The notes beneath the pieces were generated by a model, which had not been told where the DNA came from, searched no databases, and saw only the letters and a list, made by a program, of their open reading frames with translations. Of a DNA stretch of 62,167 nucleotides, positions 1 through 8,515 are shown piece after piece. A program made the position numbers and the translations under genes. This DNA is from a virus (lineage: Duplodnaviria; Caudoviricetes), in the IMG/VR virus record IMGVR_UViG_3300042549_002778, positions 1 to 62,167 of that record. One strand, given 5' to 3'. How positions within the stretch are numbered: the stretch's first letter is position 1; every line of letters starts with the position of its first letter.

Positions 1-127
1 CGAAGGAATCCCGTAAGGGTTTCAAGTAGGCGGAATGGCAACGGGTGAAATGCCGCCGGGGAGTTTTCCGACAGGTTATGCGGGAATGACTCCGGCGGCG
101 CAGGATTACGCTGCCAAAACAGCGGTT
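1..127. repeat. Terminal direct repeat, left copy (circular contig overlap)
   Basis: 1-127 is identical to 62041-62167; the ORF 61080-62069 and its downstream neighbour continue across the join. Confidence 0.95.
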
Positions 128-238
128 CCCACCCACCCTGACCCCCGTGCAATCGGGATGGCTGAGCAATCTGCATTAGCCACCCGTACGGGCATAGGCG
201 CTGTTCCGCCGCGTAGAAAAGGTGGAAGAACAAAGTGA
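35..238 (+). CDS. Small protein with C-terminal RRKGGR motif
   Basis: Follows the 61080-62069 gene across the circular junction; overlaps the next ORF; carries the GG motif. Confidence 0.7.
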   Translation: MATGEMPPGSFPTGYAGMTPAAQDYAAKTAVPTHPDPRAIGMAEQSALATRTGIGAVPPRRKGGRTK

Positions 239-438
239 ATTTAGACCTGAGATTATATCAGGAACTGGAACAATCCTTGTCGGAAATGGCAGAGAAGCTT
301 GGCGCTGAACTGATTACCGGCAAGGCACAGAGCTTTGACGATTACCGCTATCGCGTTGGTCGTCTAAAGGGCCTTCAAGACGCTCTTGAGGTCGCACAAG
401 AAGCCCAAAAGAAAGTTTTGGGCGGAGAAAGGAAATAG
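235..438 (+). CDS. Small conserved head-module protein
   Basis: Helical 67 aa (YRYRVGRLKGL), the kind usually seen just upstream of phage GroES. Confidence 0.7.
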   Translation: MNLDLRLYQELEQSLSEMAEKLGAELITGKAQSFDDYRYRVGRLKGLQDALEVAQEAQKKVLGGERK

Positions 439-443
439 CTGAC

Positions 444-860
444 ATGCCGTCAGTTGCGATGCTGCATGAGATTGACCCGCGTGAGGCCATCCTTGCAAAA
501 GTTGGTTCCCTTGATGGGATTGAAATGTTTGGTAGCGACATTCTGGTTGCTATCTACAAGCGTCCGACAAAGACGAAGTCGGGAATTATCCTTACGGACA
601 AGCACTTAGAGGAAGATTTGCATCAGGGAAAGGTTGGTCTGGTCCTTAAAATGGGTCCGACAGCCTATCTTGATGATGAGGGCAAATCGTTCCGCGACAT
701 TAAAGAAGGCGATTGGATTGTTTTTCGACCTTCTGATGGCTGGCGCGTCACGCTGAACACGCTTCGCGGCAACTATTCCAAGGACGATACGGTAGATTGT
801 CGGATTTTGACCGATATTGCCGTCCGTTCGCGCCTGAATGACCCTGATTCAATCTACTAA
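444..860 (+). CDS. groES: GroES/Cpn10-like co-chaperonin
   Basis: DILV...KTKSGIIL mobile loop, VLKMGP, IKEGDWIVF. Confidence 0.85.
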   Translation: MPSVAMLHEIDPREAILAKVGSLDGIEMFGSDILVAIYKRPTKTKSGIILTDKHLEEDLHQGKVGLVLKMGPTAYLDDEGKSFRDIKEGDWIVFRPSDGWRVTLNTLRGNYSKDDTVDCRILTDIAVRSRLNDPDSIY

Positions 861-870
861 GGGCTTGAAA

Positions 871-1851
871 ATGGATGATATTGAAGAAAAACCCGGCGAA
901 TCCGTAGAGATTCCGGCCGAAGAGGCCCATCAGTCCGTTGAAGTAAGTCTGGATGATGATCCAAAGGCTGAAAAACGTGCTGAAAAACAGGCTGTAGACA
1001 AACCCTCAGTCAGCGAAGTTGACGAAAGGGAGCAGCAGCTTATCGAAATCAAGCGCCAGTATGAAGAGCAGAAGCGTCGCGCGGAAGCTGAGCGCAATGC
1101 CCGTCATCAGGCGGAACAATATGCTTATGAGCAGGCTCAAAAGGCGCAATACGCTCAGTATGACGCCGAAGGCAACCGGCTTCAGACGTATATCAACGCC
1201 ATTGAGGCGACTGAACAGGCTGCATCCAATGCGGAACGTGCATATGCGGATGCTATGGCGTCCGGTGACTATGCCGCCGCTGGCAGGGCGCAGCGTGCGA
1301 TGGCGTCTGCGGAAGCTCATTTGCTTCGGTTGCAGAATGAGAAAGCGCAGGCTGAGCAATACATTGAGTCTCTAAGGACTGAGGGTCGGGTTCAGGCTCC
1401 GCCGCGTCAGACCTTTGATCCTATGCCACAAAGCCAAGATCCGGTTGAGATGATGGCTTCCCGGCTAACGCCAAAGAGCGCCGCGTGGCTGCGCGCTCAC
1501 CCGGAAGCTGCGTCTAAAGTGGATAAACTCACGGCTGCGCATCAGGCTGCTATCAGTCTGGAGGGCATCGAGGTCGAAACGCCGGAATACTTCCGATATG
1601 TGGAAGAAAAGCTTGGCATTTCCACGCCTCAGAAAGCACCGAACAAGAAAATCATGGCTTCTGCTCCCGTTCAATCATCATCCAGCATGTCGTCGTCCCG
1701 GTCTGTCGGGAACGGTAGCACGATGATCCTTTCGCCGGCTGAAGTTGAACAGGCTGTCCTTAATGAACCTGACCTCCCTCGCGACAAGGCCCTTGAGGTC
1801 TACGCCCGCAACAAAGCGGCGCTTATTCGCGAAGGCAAGCTGTCAGCATAG
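871..1851 (+). CDS. Putative capsid scaffolding protein
   Basis: Acidic N-terminus, long coiled coil, upstream of the capsid genes; ATG at 871 preferred over 838. Confidence 0.65.
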   Translation: MDDIEEKPGESVEIPAEEAHQSVEVSLDDDPKAEKRAEKQAVDKPSVSEVDEREQQLIEIKRQYEEQKRRAEAERNARHQAEQYAYEQAQKAQYAQYDAEGNRLQTYINAIEATEQAASNAERAYADAMASGDYAAAGRAQRAMASAEAHLLRLQNEKAQAEQYIESLRTEGRVQAPPRQTFDPMPQSQDPVEMMASRLTPKSAAWLRAHPEAASKVDKLTAAHQAAISLEGIEVETPEYFRYVEEKLGISTPQKAPNKKIMASAPVQSSSSMSSSRSVGNGSTMILSPAEVEQAVLNEPDLPRDKALEVYARNKAALIREGKLSA

Positions 1852-1862
1852 GAAAATAAACA

Positions 1863-2399
1863 ATGTCAGACGTTGAAACCAAGATTGATGGCCGCAGCCG
1901 CGAGGCTCGCATGGCTAAAATTGGCGCTGTCGGGAAAGAATCTTCAATGGATTCAAGGGCTCGCGCCGAAGCTCGTATTCGTGCGATCAGGGACAATCTG
2001 CCTGATGGCGGTGCTTCAAGAGACAAGTTTTATGCGCCACCTCCGCCTGATGGGTGGGACTATCAGTGGAAAATGCGCACGGTTATGGGCGAAGAGTTTC
2101 ATTCCTATCAGGTAGAACTGCTCCGCAATGGTTGGGAGCCTGTCCCGCTTAGCCGCCACCCGGAGCTTATGCCGCAGGGCTGGCAGGGTGAGACAATCGA
2201 GGTTGAGGGTCTGGTTCTTATGGAGCGGCCCAAGGTGTTTACCGACGAGGCTCGCGCAGAAGAGGCCCGATCCGCCCGCGAGGCGGTCATGGTCAAGGAG
2301 GCCCAGCTTCGCGATGGCCGTGGGTCTGACCTTGGCAAGCGTGAGGTTCACAGGTTCAGCAAATCCCGCAGCCCAATAGCCATACCGGACAGCGAATAG
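1863..2399 (+). CDS. Conserved head-module hypothetical protein
   Basis: PPPPDGWDYQW...GWEPV...GLVLMERP; RBS AGGA. Confidence 0.7.
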   Translation: MSDVETKIDGRSREARMAKIGAVGKESSMDSRARAEARIRAIRDNLPDGGASRDKFYAPPPPDGWDYQWKMRTVMGEEFHSYQVELLRNGWEPVPLSRHPELMPQGWQGETIEVEGLVLMERPKVFTDEARAEEARSAREAVMVKEAQLRDGRGSDLGKREVHRFSKSRSPIAIPDSE

Positions 2400-2405
2400 G
2401 GTTTG

Positions 2406-2434
2406 TTGACAGAAGTCCAAAGATTTCATAAAAT
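2406..2434 (+). promoter_or_regulatory. Sigma70-type promoter for capsid operon
   Basis: TTGACA-17 nt-TAAAAT. Confidence 0.75.
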
Positions 2435-2606
2435 TGACTTTGGATTTTACCATTTCCCGCTTACCGGTGGGAAAGAGATAGGAGCGGGCCGGGAATCTGG
2501 CCCGTCGCCTTTATGAGCCGTCCCGCGCTGGGGCGGATAAACACATCCAGATCAACGGCTAAAAACGCTTTTTAGCTAACGGTCACTCCAATAAAAGGAG
2601 AGAGCC

Positions 2607-3227
2607 GTGGCGAATACTTTTGCGCCCTTCGGCTTCCGTCCGGTTTCGACCAGCAATGGTCCGATGAACTGGCGGATTTCTGCGCGCCGTGTCGCTTCGT
2701 CGGCTGGCGCTATCTACCGTGGCGACGCCGTCGTCCCGGATACCAGCACTGCTAACGGATACATTGTCCAGGCGACTGCCTCGACTGTCCCGCTGGCGGG
2801 TATCTTCTGGGGTTGTCAGTATCTGTCGACCTCGCAGAAGCGCGTTATCTGGAGCCAGTATTGGCCCGGTAGCGATGCGACCGGTGACGTGATTGCTTAT
2901 GTGATCGACGATCCGAATGCGCGCTTCCTTGTCCAGACCTCTGGTTCTTCGTTCCAGATTACCGGCACGCCGACGACCTTCACCTCGTCGCCTGTTGGCC
3001 AGCTTGCTCAGCTTAACGTCGGTTCGGGTTCGACCACGACGCAGCAGAGCGGCATGTATCTGGACACGGTTGGCACGACTGCCACCTTCCCGTTCCAGAT
3101 CGTCGACATGGTTCTCGACCCGCCGGGCTCGAATGGCTCCGACGCTACGTCGAATTACAACTATGTCGTCGTTGGCTTCAACAACGAGATGCTGCGTTCT
3201 AACGGCGCAGTGACCGGCATCAGCTAA
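2607..3227 (+). CDS. Capsid decoration/minor capsid protein
   Basis: MANTFAPFGFRPV N-terminus, beta-rich, directly before the MCP; RBS AGGAG. Confidence 0.7.
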   Translation: MANTFAPFGFRPVSTSNGPMNWRISARRVASSAGAIYRGDAVVPDTSTANGYIVQATASTVPLAGIFWGCQYLSTSQKRVIWSQYWPGSDATGDVIAYVIDDPNARFLVQTSGSSFQITGTPTTFTSSPVGQLAQLNVGSGSTTTQQSGMYLDTVGTTATFPFQIVDMVLDPPGSNGSDATSNYNYVVVGFNNEMLRSNGAVTGIS

Positions 3228-3240
3228 GGAGTAGAGACCA

Positions 3241-4155
3241 ATGGCTGTTAATCTTAGCGCCATCCGCGATCTGCTCCTTCCGGGGCTTCGCGGCGTTGAG
3301 GGCAAGTATCCTCAGATCCCGTCTCAGTGGGATAAAGTGTTCGAAAAAGCCAAGTCAAACATGGCTCTCGAACGCACCGCTGAAATGCGTTACCTTGGCC
3401 TTGCCGCCATCAAAACCGAAGGCGGCGCGGTCAGCTTCGACAATAACGCGAGCGAGCGTTATGTCTATAATCAGGAGCATTACGAAATCGGTCTTGGCTA
3501 CGCCATTACCCGTAAGGCTATTGATGACAACCTCTATAAGACGCAGTTTACGCCGACGAATCTTGGCCTGATCGAGTCTTTCGGTCAGACGAAGGAAATC
3601 TATGGCGCGAACATCCTCAATACCGCTACGACGTATAATGCGTCGGTTGGTGGTGACGGCGTCGCTCTCTGCGCCACCAATCACCCGATTGATGGTGCGA
3701 CGATTGCGAACCGTCCGCTGGTTGATGCCGATCTGAACGAAGCTTCGTTGCTTAATGCGATGATTAGCATTCGTCAGAACTTCAAGGACATCGCTGGCCT
3801 GAAGATCTTCGCCCGTGGCCGTAAGCTGATTGTTCCGCCGTCTCTTGAGCCGGTTGCTATTCGTCTTACGAAGACGGAACTGCGTCCGGGCACGGCAAAC
3901 AACGACGTAAATGCGATTTTAACGACCGCTGGCGGCCTGCCGGAAGGTTACATGGTCAACGACTTCCTTACGTCGAACTACGCTTGGTTCCTGCTGACCA
4001 ACATTAAAGGCTTGGTCTACATGGAGCGCGTGCCGTACGAAATGGATATGCAGGTGGACTTCACGACGGATAACCTCCTTGTGAAGGGCTACGAGCGTTA
4101 TTCGTTCGGCTATTATAATTGGCGAAGCATTTTCGGGAGTTTCCCAACCTCTTGA
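3241..4155 (+). CDS. Major capsid protein (HK97 fold, Mu gpT-like)
   Basis: LLPGL, KTEGGAVSFD, LIVPPSL, AWFL, ERYSFGYYNWR motifs. Confidence 0.9.
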   Translation: MAVNLSAIRDLLLPGLRGVEGKYPQIPSQWDKVFEKAKSNMALERTAEMRYLGLAAIKTEGGAVSFDNNASERYVYNQEHYEIGLGYAITRKAIDDNLYKTQFTPTNLGLIESFGQTKEIYGANILNTATTYNASVGGDGVALCATNHPIDGATIANRPLVDADLNEASLLNAMISIRQNFKDIAGLKIFARGRKLIVPPSLEPVAIRLTKTELRPGTANNDVNAILTTAGGLPEGYMVNDFLTSNYAWFLLTNIKGLVYMERVPYEMDMQVDFTTDNLLVKGYERYSFGYYNWRSIFGSFPTS

Positions 4156-4191
4156 TAATGTTGTGGAATTTTATAATTCCCAACTCGCCTA

Positions 4192-4246
4192 TTGAATAAA
4201 AATTGCCTTCGGTGTATGCTTCTTAGGTAGCTGGCACCGGAGGCAA
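4192..4246 (+). promoter_or_regulatory. Promoter plus RBS-sequestering hairpin of the homing endonuclease
   Basis: TTGAAT-17-TATGCT; ttgccttcggtg (4203-4214) pairs with caccggaggcaa (4235-4246), covering GGAGG. Confidence 0.65.
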
Positions 4247-4248
4247 AA

Positions 4249-4914
4249 ATGAAAGGTAAAATCAAAACACCTACATTTAATCATACTCAGTTATGCGAAA
4301 TATTAGACTATGACGCAGAAACTGGGGTGTTTAGATGGAAGATAAGCCCGGCCCGAAATGTAAAAGTTGGGGCAGTAGCTGGATCTAAAAACGATAGTCG
4401 AGGATACAGTTACATTAAGGTTCTTGGGTTTGAAGTAACAACATCACGTTTGGCGTGGTTTTATGTTACAGAAGAATGGCCAAGAACACGGGTTCAGTTC
4501 AAAAACCGAAATCCACTGGATGCTAGGTTTGAGAATTTATCTTTGTCTTTGGGATTGCATGGTGATTTTGATTTTACAACCAGAGAAGGAAGAATTGCTT
4601 ACCAAAGAGCGCGTCGTAAGGCGACTCCTCACCTTGAAAAAGGTAGGGCTCTAAGGGAAAGCTTTAATATTTCTCTGGATCAGTATTTAGAAATGCACGA
4701 TAGGCAAGGCGGCAAATGCGCTATTTGCGGCCAGCCAGAAATGCAAATGCGAAATGGGAAGATCAAGGCTCTAGCCGTAGATCATAACCATAAAACAGGT
4801 GCAATTCGTGGGCTTCTGTGTTCTGATTGTAACACTGGTATTGGAAAGCTCAAGGATGATGTTAAAGTCCTCCAAAGCGCAATCCGGTATCTAAACAGCC
4901 AGCAATCAACATGA
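4249..4914 (+). CDS. Free-standing homing endonuclease: degenerate HNH N-domain plus endonuclease VII domain
   Basis: LDYDAETGVFRWK...RLAWFY; C-terminal CAIC...AVDHNH...RGLLCSDCN; AT-richer than flanks. Confidence 0.85.
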   Translation: MKGKIKTPTFNHTQLCEILDYDAETGVFRWKISPARNVKVGAVAGSKNDSRGYSYIKVLGFEVTTSRLAWFYVTEEWPRTRVQFKNRNPLDARFENLSLSLGLHGDFDFTTREGRIAYQRARRKATPHLEKGRALRESFNISLDQYLEMHDRQGGKCAICGQPEMQMRNGKIKALAVDHNHKTGAIRGLLCSDCNTGIGKLKDDVKVLQSAIRYLNSQQST

Positions 4915-4946
4915 TTTCTGGTTAACTCTTATAAAGGATAGCCGAC

Positions 4947-5978
4947 ATGGCTCTCACTAATTTTCCCAACGGCATCACCTCTTTCGGTGTTCCGGTTATT
5001 GGCGGCATCAATGGCATTCCGCTGACCGGCACTTGGTATTTCGTCGACCCGGCTACGGGTTCTGACGGCAACGAAGGCACGTCGCCTGAATCTCCGTTTG
5101 CGACGATTTATCAGGCTTACAGCAAGGCGGTTGCTGGCAATAACGATGTCATCGTCCTGATTGGCAACGGCTCGACCAGCGGCACTGCCCGCATGTCGAC
5201 TGCTCTTGCGCAGACGATCACGCCGGCTGCTACAACTGGCACGATTACATGGGCGAAAAATGCGACGCATCTGATCGGTGTTACGGCTCCGACCGGCGTT
5301 TCTAACCGCGCCCGCTTTGCCCCGCCGACTGGCACCTATACGGCTGCTACGTTTGGCAATAGCGGCAACATGTTCAATGTTACGGCGTCTGGCTGCATCT
5401 TTGCGAACTTCTCCGTTTTCAACGGTTTCTCGACCGGCGCTAACGGCCAGATCGCTTGGATTGATGCTGGTGGTCGCAACTACTACAGCGACGTTCAGTT
5501 TGGCGGTTTTGGCGACACGGCTTCGGCTCAAGGCGCTAACAGCCGTGCGCTGAAAGTCACCAGCGGCGAGAACACGTTTGTTAACTGCACGGTTGGCCTT
5601 GATACGGTCACTCGCACGGTTGCAAATGCGAATCTTGAGCTTGCTTCAGGCGCTGCCCGCAACAAGTTCATCAATTGCGATTTCCCGGTTATGACCTCGT
5701 CGGCCACGTCGCTGGCGATCCTTGGTTCGGGCGCTGCTGCAATTGATCGCTGGACGAAGTTCCAGAACTGCCTGTTCGTCAACAGCGTCGATTCATCTTC
5801 AACGACGATTACGGCGGTTGCTTCTCTCAATGCCGCTGCGGGCGGTAGCCTTGTGTTCAATGGCTGCACGGCTGTTGGCGCGACGGCTTGGGGTGATGCG
5901 GGCGCTCTGGCTAACTCGTATGTCGATAACGCACCTCCGACGGCGGCCACTTCTGGCCTCGCCGTTAACCCGGCTTAA
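4947..5978 (+). CDS. Virion structural protein with beta-helix-like region
   Basis: MALTNFPNG N-terminus; YFVD..GSDGNEG.SP..PFATI motif; FxNC repeats. Confidence 0.7.
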   Translation: MALTNFPNGITSFGVPVIGGINGIPLTGTWYFVDPATGSDGNEGTSPESPFATIYQAYSKAVAGNNDVIVLIGNGSTSGTARMSTALAQTITPAATTGTITWAKNATHLIGVTAPTGVSNRARFAPPTGTYTAATFGNSGNMFNVTASGCIFANFSVFNGFSTGANGQIAWIDAGGRNYYSDVQFGGFGDTASAQGANSRALKVTSGENTFVNCTVGLDTVTRTVANANLELASGAARNKFINCDFPVMTSSATSLAILGSGAAAIDRWTKFQNCLFVNSVDSSSTTITAVASLNAAAGGSLVFNGCTAVGATAWGDAGALANSYVDNAPPTAATSGLAVNPA

Positions 5979-5993
5979 TGAAAGGTTACGGCT

Positions 5994-6302
5994 ATGAAGG
6001 CTGCTAAGAAGTATGCCCACGGTGGCAAAATGGAAAGCCCGAAGAAGGGCGTGGTTGTTGGCGATAAGACCCCCAGCATGACCTATGCTGGCGGCGATTC
6101 CAACGTCCTCAAGGAAGCCAAGGCCCGCAAGCGCGGTGGCATGTGCAAGAAAGAGGGCGGCAAGGCGATGGGCAAAGAGGCGATGAAGCGTCTTGACCGT
6201 CCCATGCGTAAATCCGGCGGCAAGGTTGGCGCAAATGAGCGTCCGCTTTCGACTGCGGCGCATACCTCTGATCGTCCCGGTGGCGACGTTCAGGAAGCGT
6301 AA
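5994..6302 (+). CDS. Small basic GG-motif protein
   Basis: Lys-rich; YAHGGK, RKRGGM, RKSGGKV. Confidence 0.75.
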   Translation: MKAAKKYAHGGKMESPKKGVVVGDKTPSMTYAGGDSNVLKEAKARKRGGMCKKEGGKAMGKEAMKRLDRPMRKSGGKVGANERPLSTAAHTSDRPGGDVQEA

Positions 6303-6307
6303 AAATA

Positions 6308-6337
6308 GAGGGGCCGCCTAGAGCGGCCCTTTCTCTC
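6308..6337 (+). terminator. Rho-independent terminator-like hairpin
   Basis: gggccgc-ctaga-gcggccc followed by tttctct. Confidence 0.6.
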
Positions 6338-6351
6338 TGGGAGCAAGAGAT

Positions 6352-6549
6352 ATGGCTGAGAAATGGATACAAAAGGCTATTTCAAAACCGGGTTCGCTCC
6401 GAAAAGCCCTTCATGTCCCTGAAGGCAAAAACATTCCCTCCGGCAAGCTGGAGAAGGCCGCGCATTCGGATAATCCGACGCTGGCGAAACGGGCCAATTT
6501 GGCCAAGACATTAAAAGCTATGCACCGCAAATACGGTGGCGACGTTTAA
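6352..6549 (+). CDS. Small basic virion protein
   Basis: KWIQKAI.KPG.LR..L; KRANLAKTL; ends RKYGGDV; RBS GGAG. Confidence 0.75.
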   Translation: MAEKWIQKAISKPGSLRKALHVPEGKNIPSGKLEKAAHSDNPTLAKRANLAKTLKAMHRKYGGDV

Positions 6550-6559
6550 GGATTAAATC

Positions 6560-7216
6560 ATGCAGCCGATCACGGTTACAGTTGGCCCGCTTGACGCGGC
6601 CGATGACAATGGAATTGCCGAAAGCCAAACCACGGCAGGCGCTGCTAATTTGACGTTGGACGGCGTTCTTGTGACCGGTGGAGTGGCTATTCTTGATACT
6701 CCGCGTCAGGTTATTGTGACTAGCGGCGGCAATGACACAGGCGTCACCTTTACCATTTATGGCACGACTTATGGCGGGCAAAGTGTTAGTGAGGCAATTA
6801 CAGGCGCAAGCGGCGGAGCATCTGCAACCAAAACGGACTTTGCGACCGTTACTCGCGTTGCGGCATCTGGTGCGACAAGCGTTTCTGGCGTAATTGTCGG
6901 CACGAATGCCAAGGCTGGCTCCCGCTGGGTTCGCATGGATAGTTGGGCCTTCCCGCAGACGGTTGTTCAGGTAAATGTCAACGGGACGGCTGACTTTACT
7001 GTTCAGACGACGATGGATGATCCGAATAGCCCGACCAATCCGGTTGCTATAGGATCCGTTACATGGCTTGATACCTTGGATACAAACCTTGTTACTACGT
7101 CGGTAAGCACGTCAGGCTTTATCGCGTATAGCACGTCATTTGTTCGCGTTCTGCTTAATAGCGGAAGCGGTTCTGTCACAGCAACATTCTCGCAATTTGG
7201 CAATGTTCCGCTTTAA
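6560..7216 (+). CDS. Virion structural protein
   Basis: Thr/Gly/Val-rich, beta-type composition, in the structural operon. Confidence 0.65.
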   Translation: MQPITVTVGPLDAADDNGIAESQTTAGAANLTLDGVLVTGGVAILDTPRQVIVTSGGNDTGVTFTIYGTTYGGQSVSEAITGASGGASATKTDFATVTRVAASGATSVSGVIVGTNAKAGSRWVRMDSWAFPQTVVQVNVNGTADFTVQTTMDDPNSPTNPVAIGSVTWLDTLDTNLVTTSVSTSGFIAYSTSFVRVLLNSGSGSVTATFSQFGNVPL

Positions 7217-7238
7217 CAGAGCTATTTAGGAACTAAAA

Positions 7239-7916
7239 ATGTCAACAAGCGGAACTTACGCCTTTTCACCTAATCTAGGTGATCTGGTTATCAACGCTTT
7301 TGCCAAGTGCGGCGTCAGGCGAACTGATTTAACCAATCAGCATATGTCTGATGCTCGCATGGAAGCCAATCTGATGATGTCGGATTGGGCTGGAGATGGC
7401 ATTAACCTATGGCAAGTCCAGAGCGCATCATTTCCGCTGACCCAAGGGACGCAGTCGTATGCGATTCCTTCAGATCGGGTCTTTATTCTTGACGTTTATA
7501 TCAGGCAGGACGGTTTTGATCGGTTGATTTTCCCGATTTCTCGCTCTGATTATGCGTCATTTGCCCAGAAAGACCTTCAAGGATACCCGACAAGCTTCTG
7601 GTATGACAGGCTAATTGATCCAAATATGTATATTTGGCCGGTCGCCGATCAAAATGGCCAGTATACATTGACTTATTATTACATGCGGCAAGCCATGGAC
7701 AGTGAATTGTCTAATGGAACGCAGCCAGAAGTCCCTTGGTATTACCTGAATGCCTTTGCAGATGGTTTGGCGGCCAGATTGGCATACATTTATGCCCCTG
7801 AGCGTGTCGCTGTATTGCAACCTAAATACGATAAATCATGGTTTAGGGCGCTTCAGGTTGGTTCTGAGAATGTTCCGATAAACTTGAACGTCGCCATGAG
7901 GGGTTATTTTAGATGA
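7239..7916 (+). CDS. Head-tail adaptor/head completion protein (podovirus type)
   Basis: MSTSGTY, W..DGINLW, G.P..FWYDR...IWPV. Confidence 0.65.
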   Translation: MSTSGTYAFSPNLGDLVINAFAKCGVRRTDLTNQHMSDARMEANLMMSDWAGDGINLWQVQSASFPLTQGTQSYAIPSDRVFILDVYIRQDGFDRLIFPISRSDYASFAQKDLQGYPTSFWYDRLIDPNMYIWPVADQNGQYTLTYYYMRQAMDSELSNGTQPEVPWYYLNAFADGLAARLAYIYAPERVAVLQPKYDKSWFRALQVGSENVPINLNVAMRGYFR

Positions 7917-8497
7917 GCCTGCCTCACGGACGCGCGCGCGTAAATGCAACAAGTCCCAGTGCGTTTGCAATCTGCGATAGATGTGGATTTTTATACAATC
8001 ATCGCGATTTGCACTGGCAATACGATTATCGCGGTCGTTCGCTGGCTAATTTGCGCATTCTCGTATGCGAAACTTGCGAAGATACGCCACAGAATCAATT
8101 AAAGCCACGAATTATACCGCCCGATCCGGTCCCGATTATGAATGCGCGTCCTGAAAGATATCGTCAATATGAGTCAAACACTCGCATTACGCAGGCAAAT
8201 ACTGTAGATTTTTGGACAGGATTGCCTATTCAAGGTGGAGATACGCGTGAAACACAAGGCGGCAATACGCGCGTCACTCAACAAACGGGCGGCGCTCCCG
8301 GAAGCAAAAATCTCTTTCCTGGAACAAGATTTTCTGTACCCGATGATGCAAATGCTGGAATCCCGTATGATGCTGTCGCTGTTCCGAATACTGGGCGTCT
8401 CAGCACTGTGACAGACTACATCGTTTGGACAAACAATTCCCCCAATTATAATTGGTGGACGGATAATGAAGAAGCCCAGATTTACTGGGGCGCTTAA
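7913..8497 (+). CDS. Zinc-finger protein
   Basis: AICDRCGF...VCETCED.PQ. Confidence 0.7.
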   Translation: MSLPHGRARVNATSPSAFAICDRCGFLYNHRDLHWQYDYRGRSLANLRILVCETCEDTPQNQLKPRIIPPDPVPIMNARPERYRQYESNTRITQANTVDFWTGLPIQGGDTRETQGGNTRVTQQTGGAPGSKNLFPGTRFSVPDDANAGIPYDAVAVPNTGRLSTVTDYIVWTNNSPNYNWWTDNEEAQIYWGA

Positions 8498-8515
8498 TTC
8501 AAAAGGAATAAATAA

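Noticed and set aside
4156-4946. Group I intron carrying the endonuclease
   Set aside because: The MCP ends with a normal C-terminus, the next gene has its own RBS, and no intron core is evident
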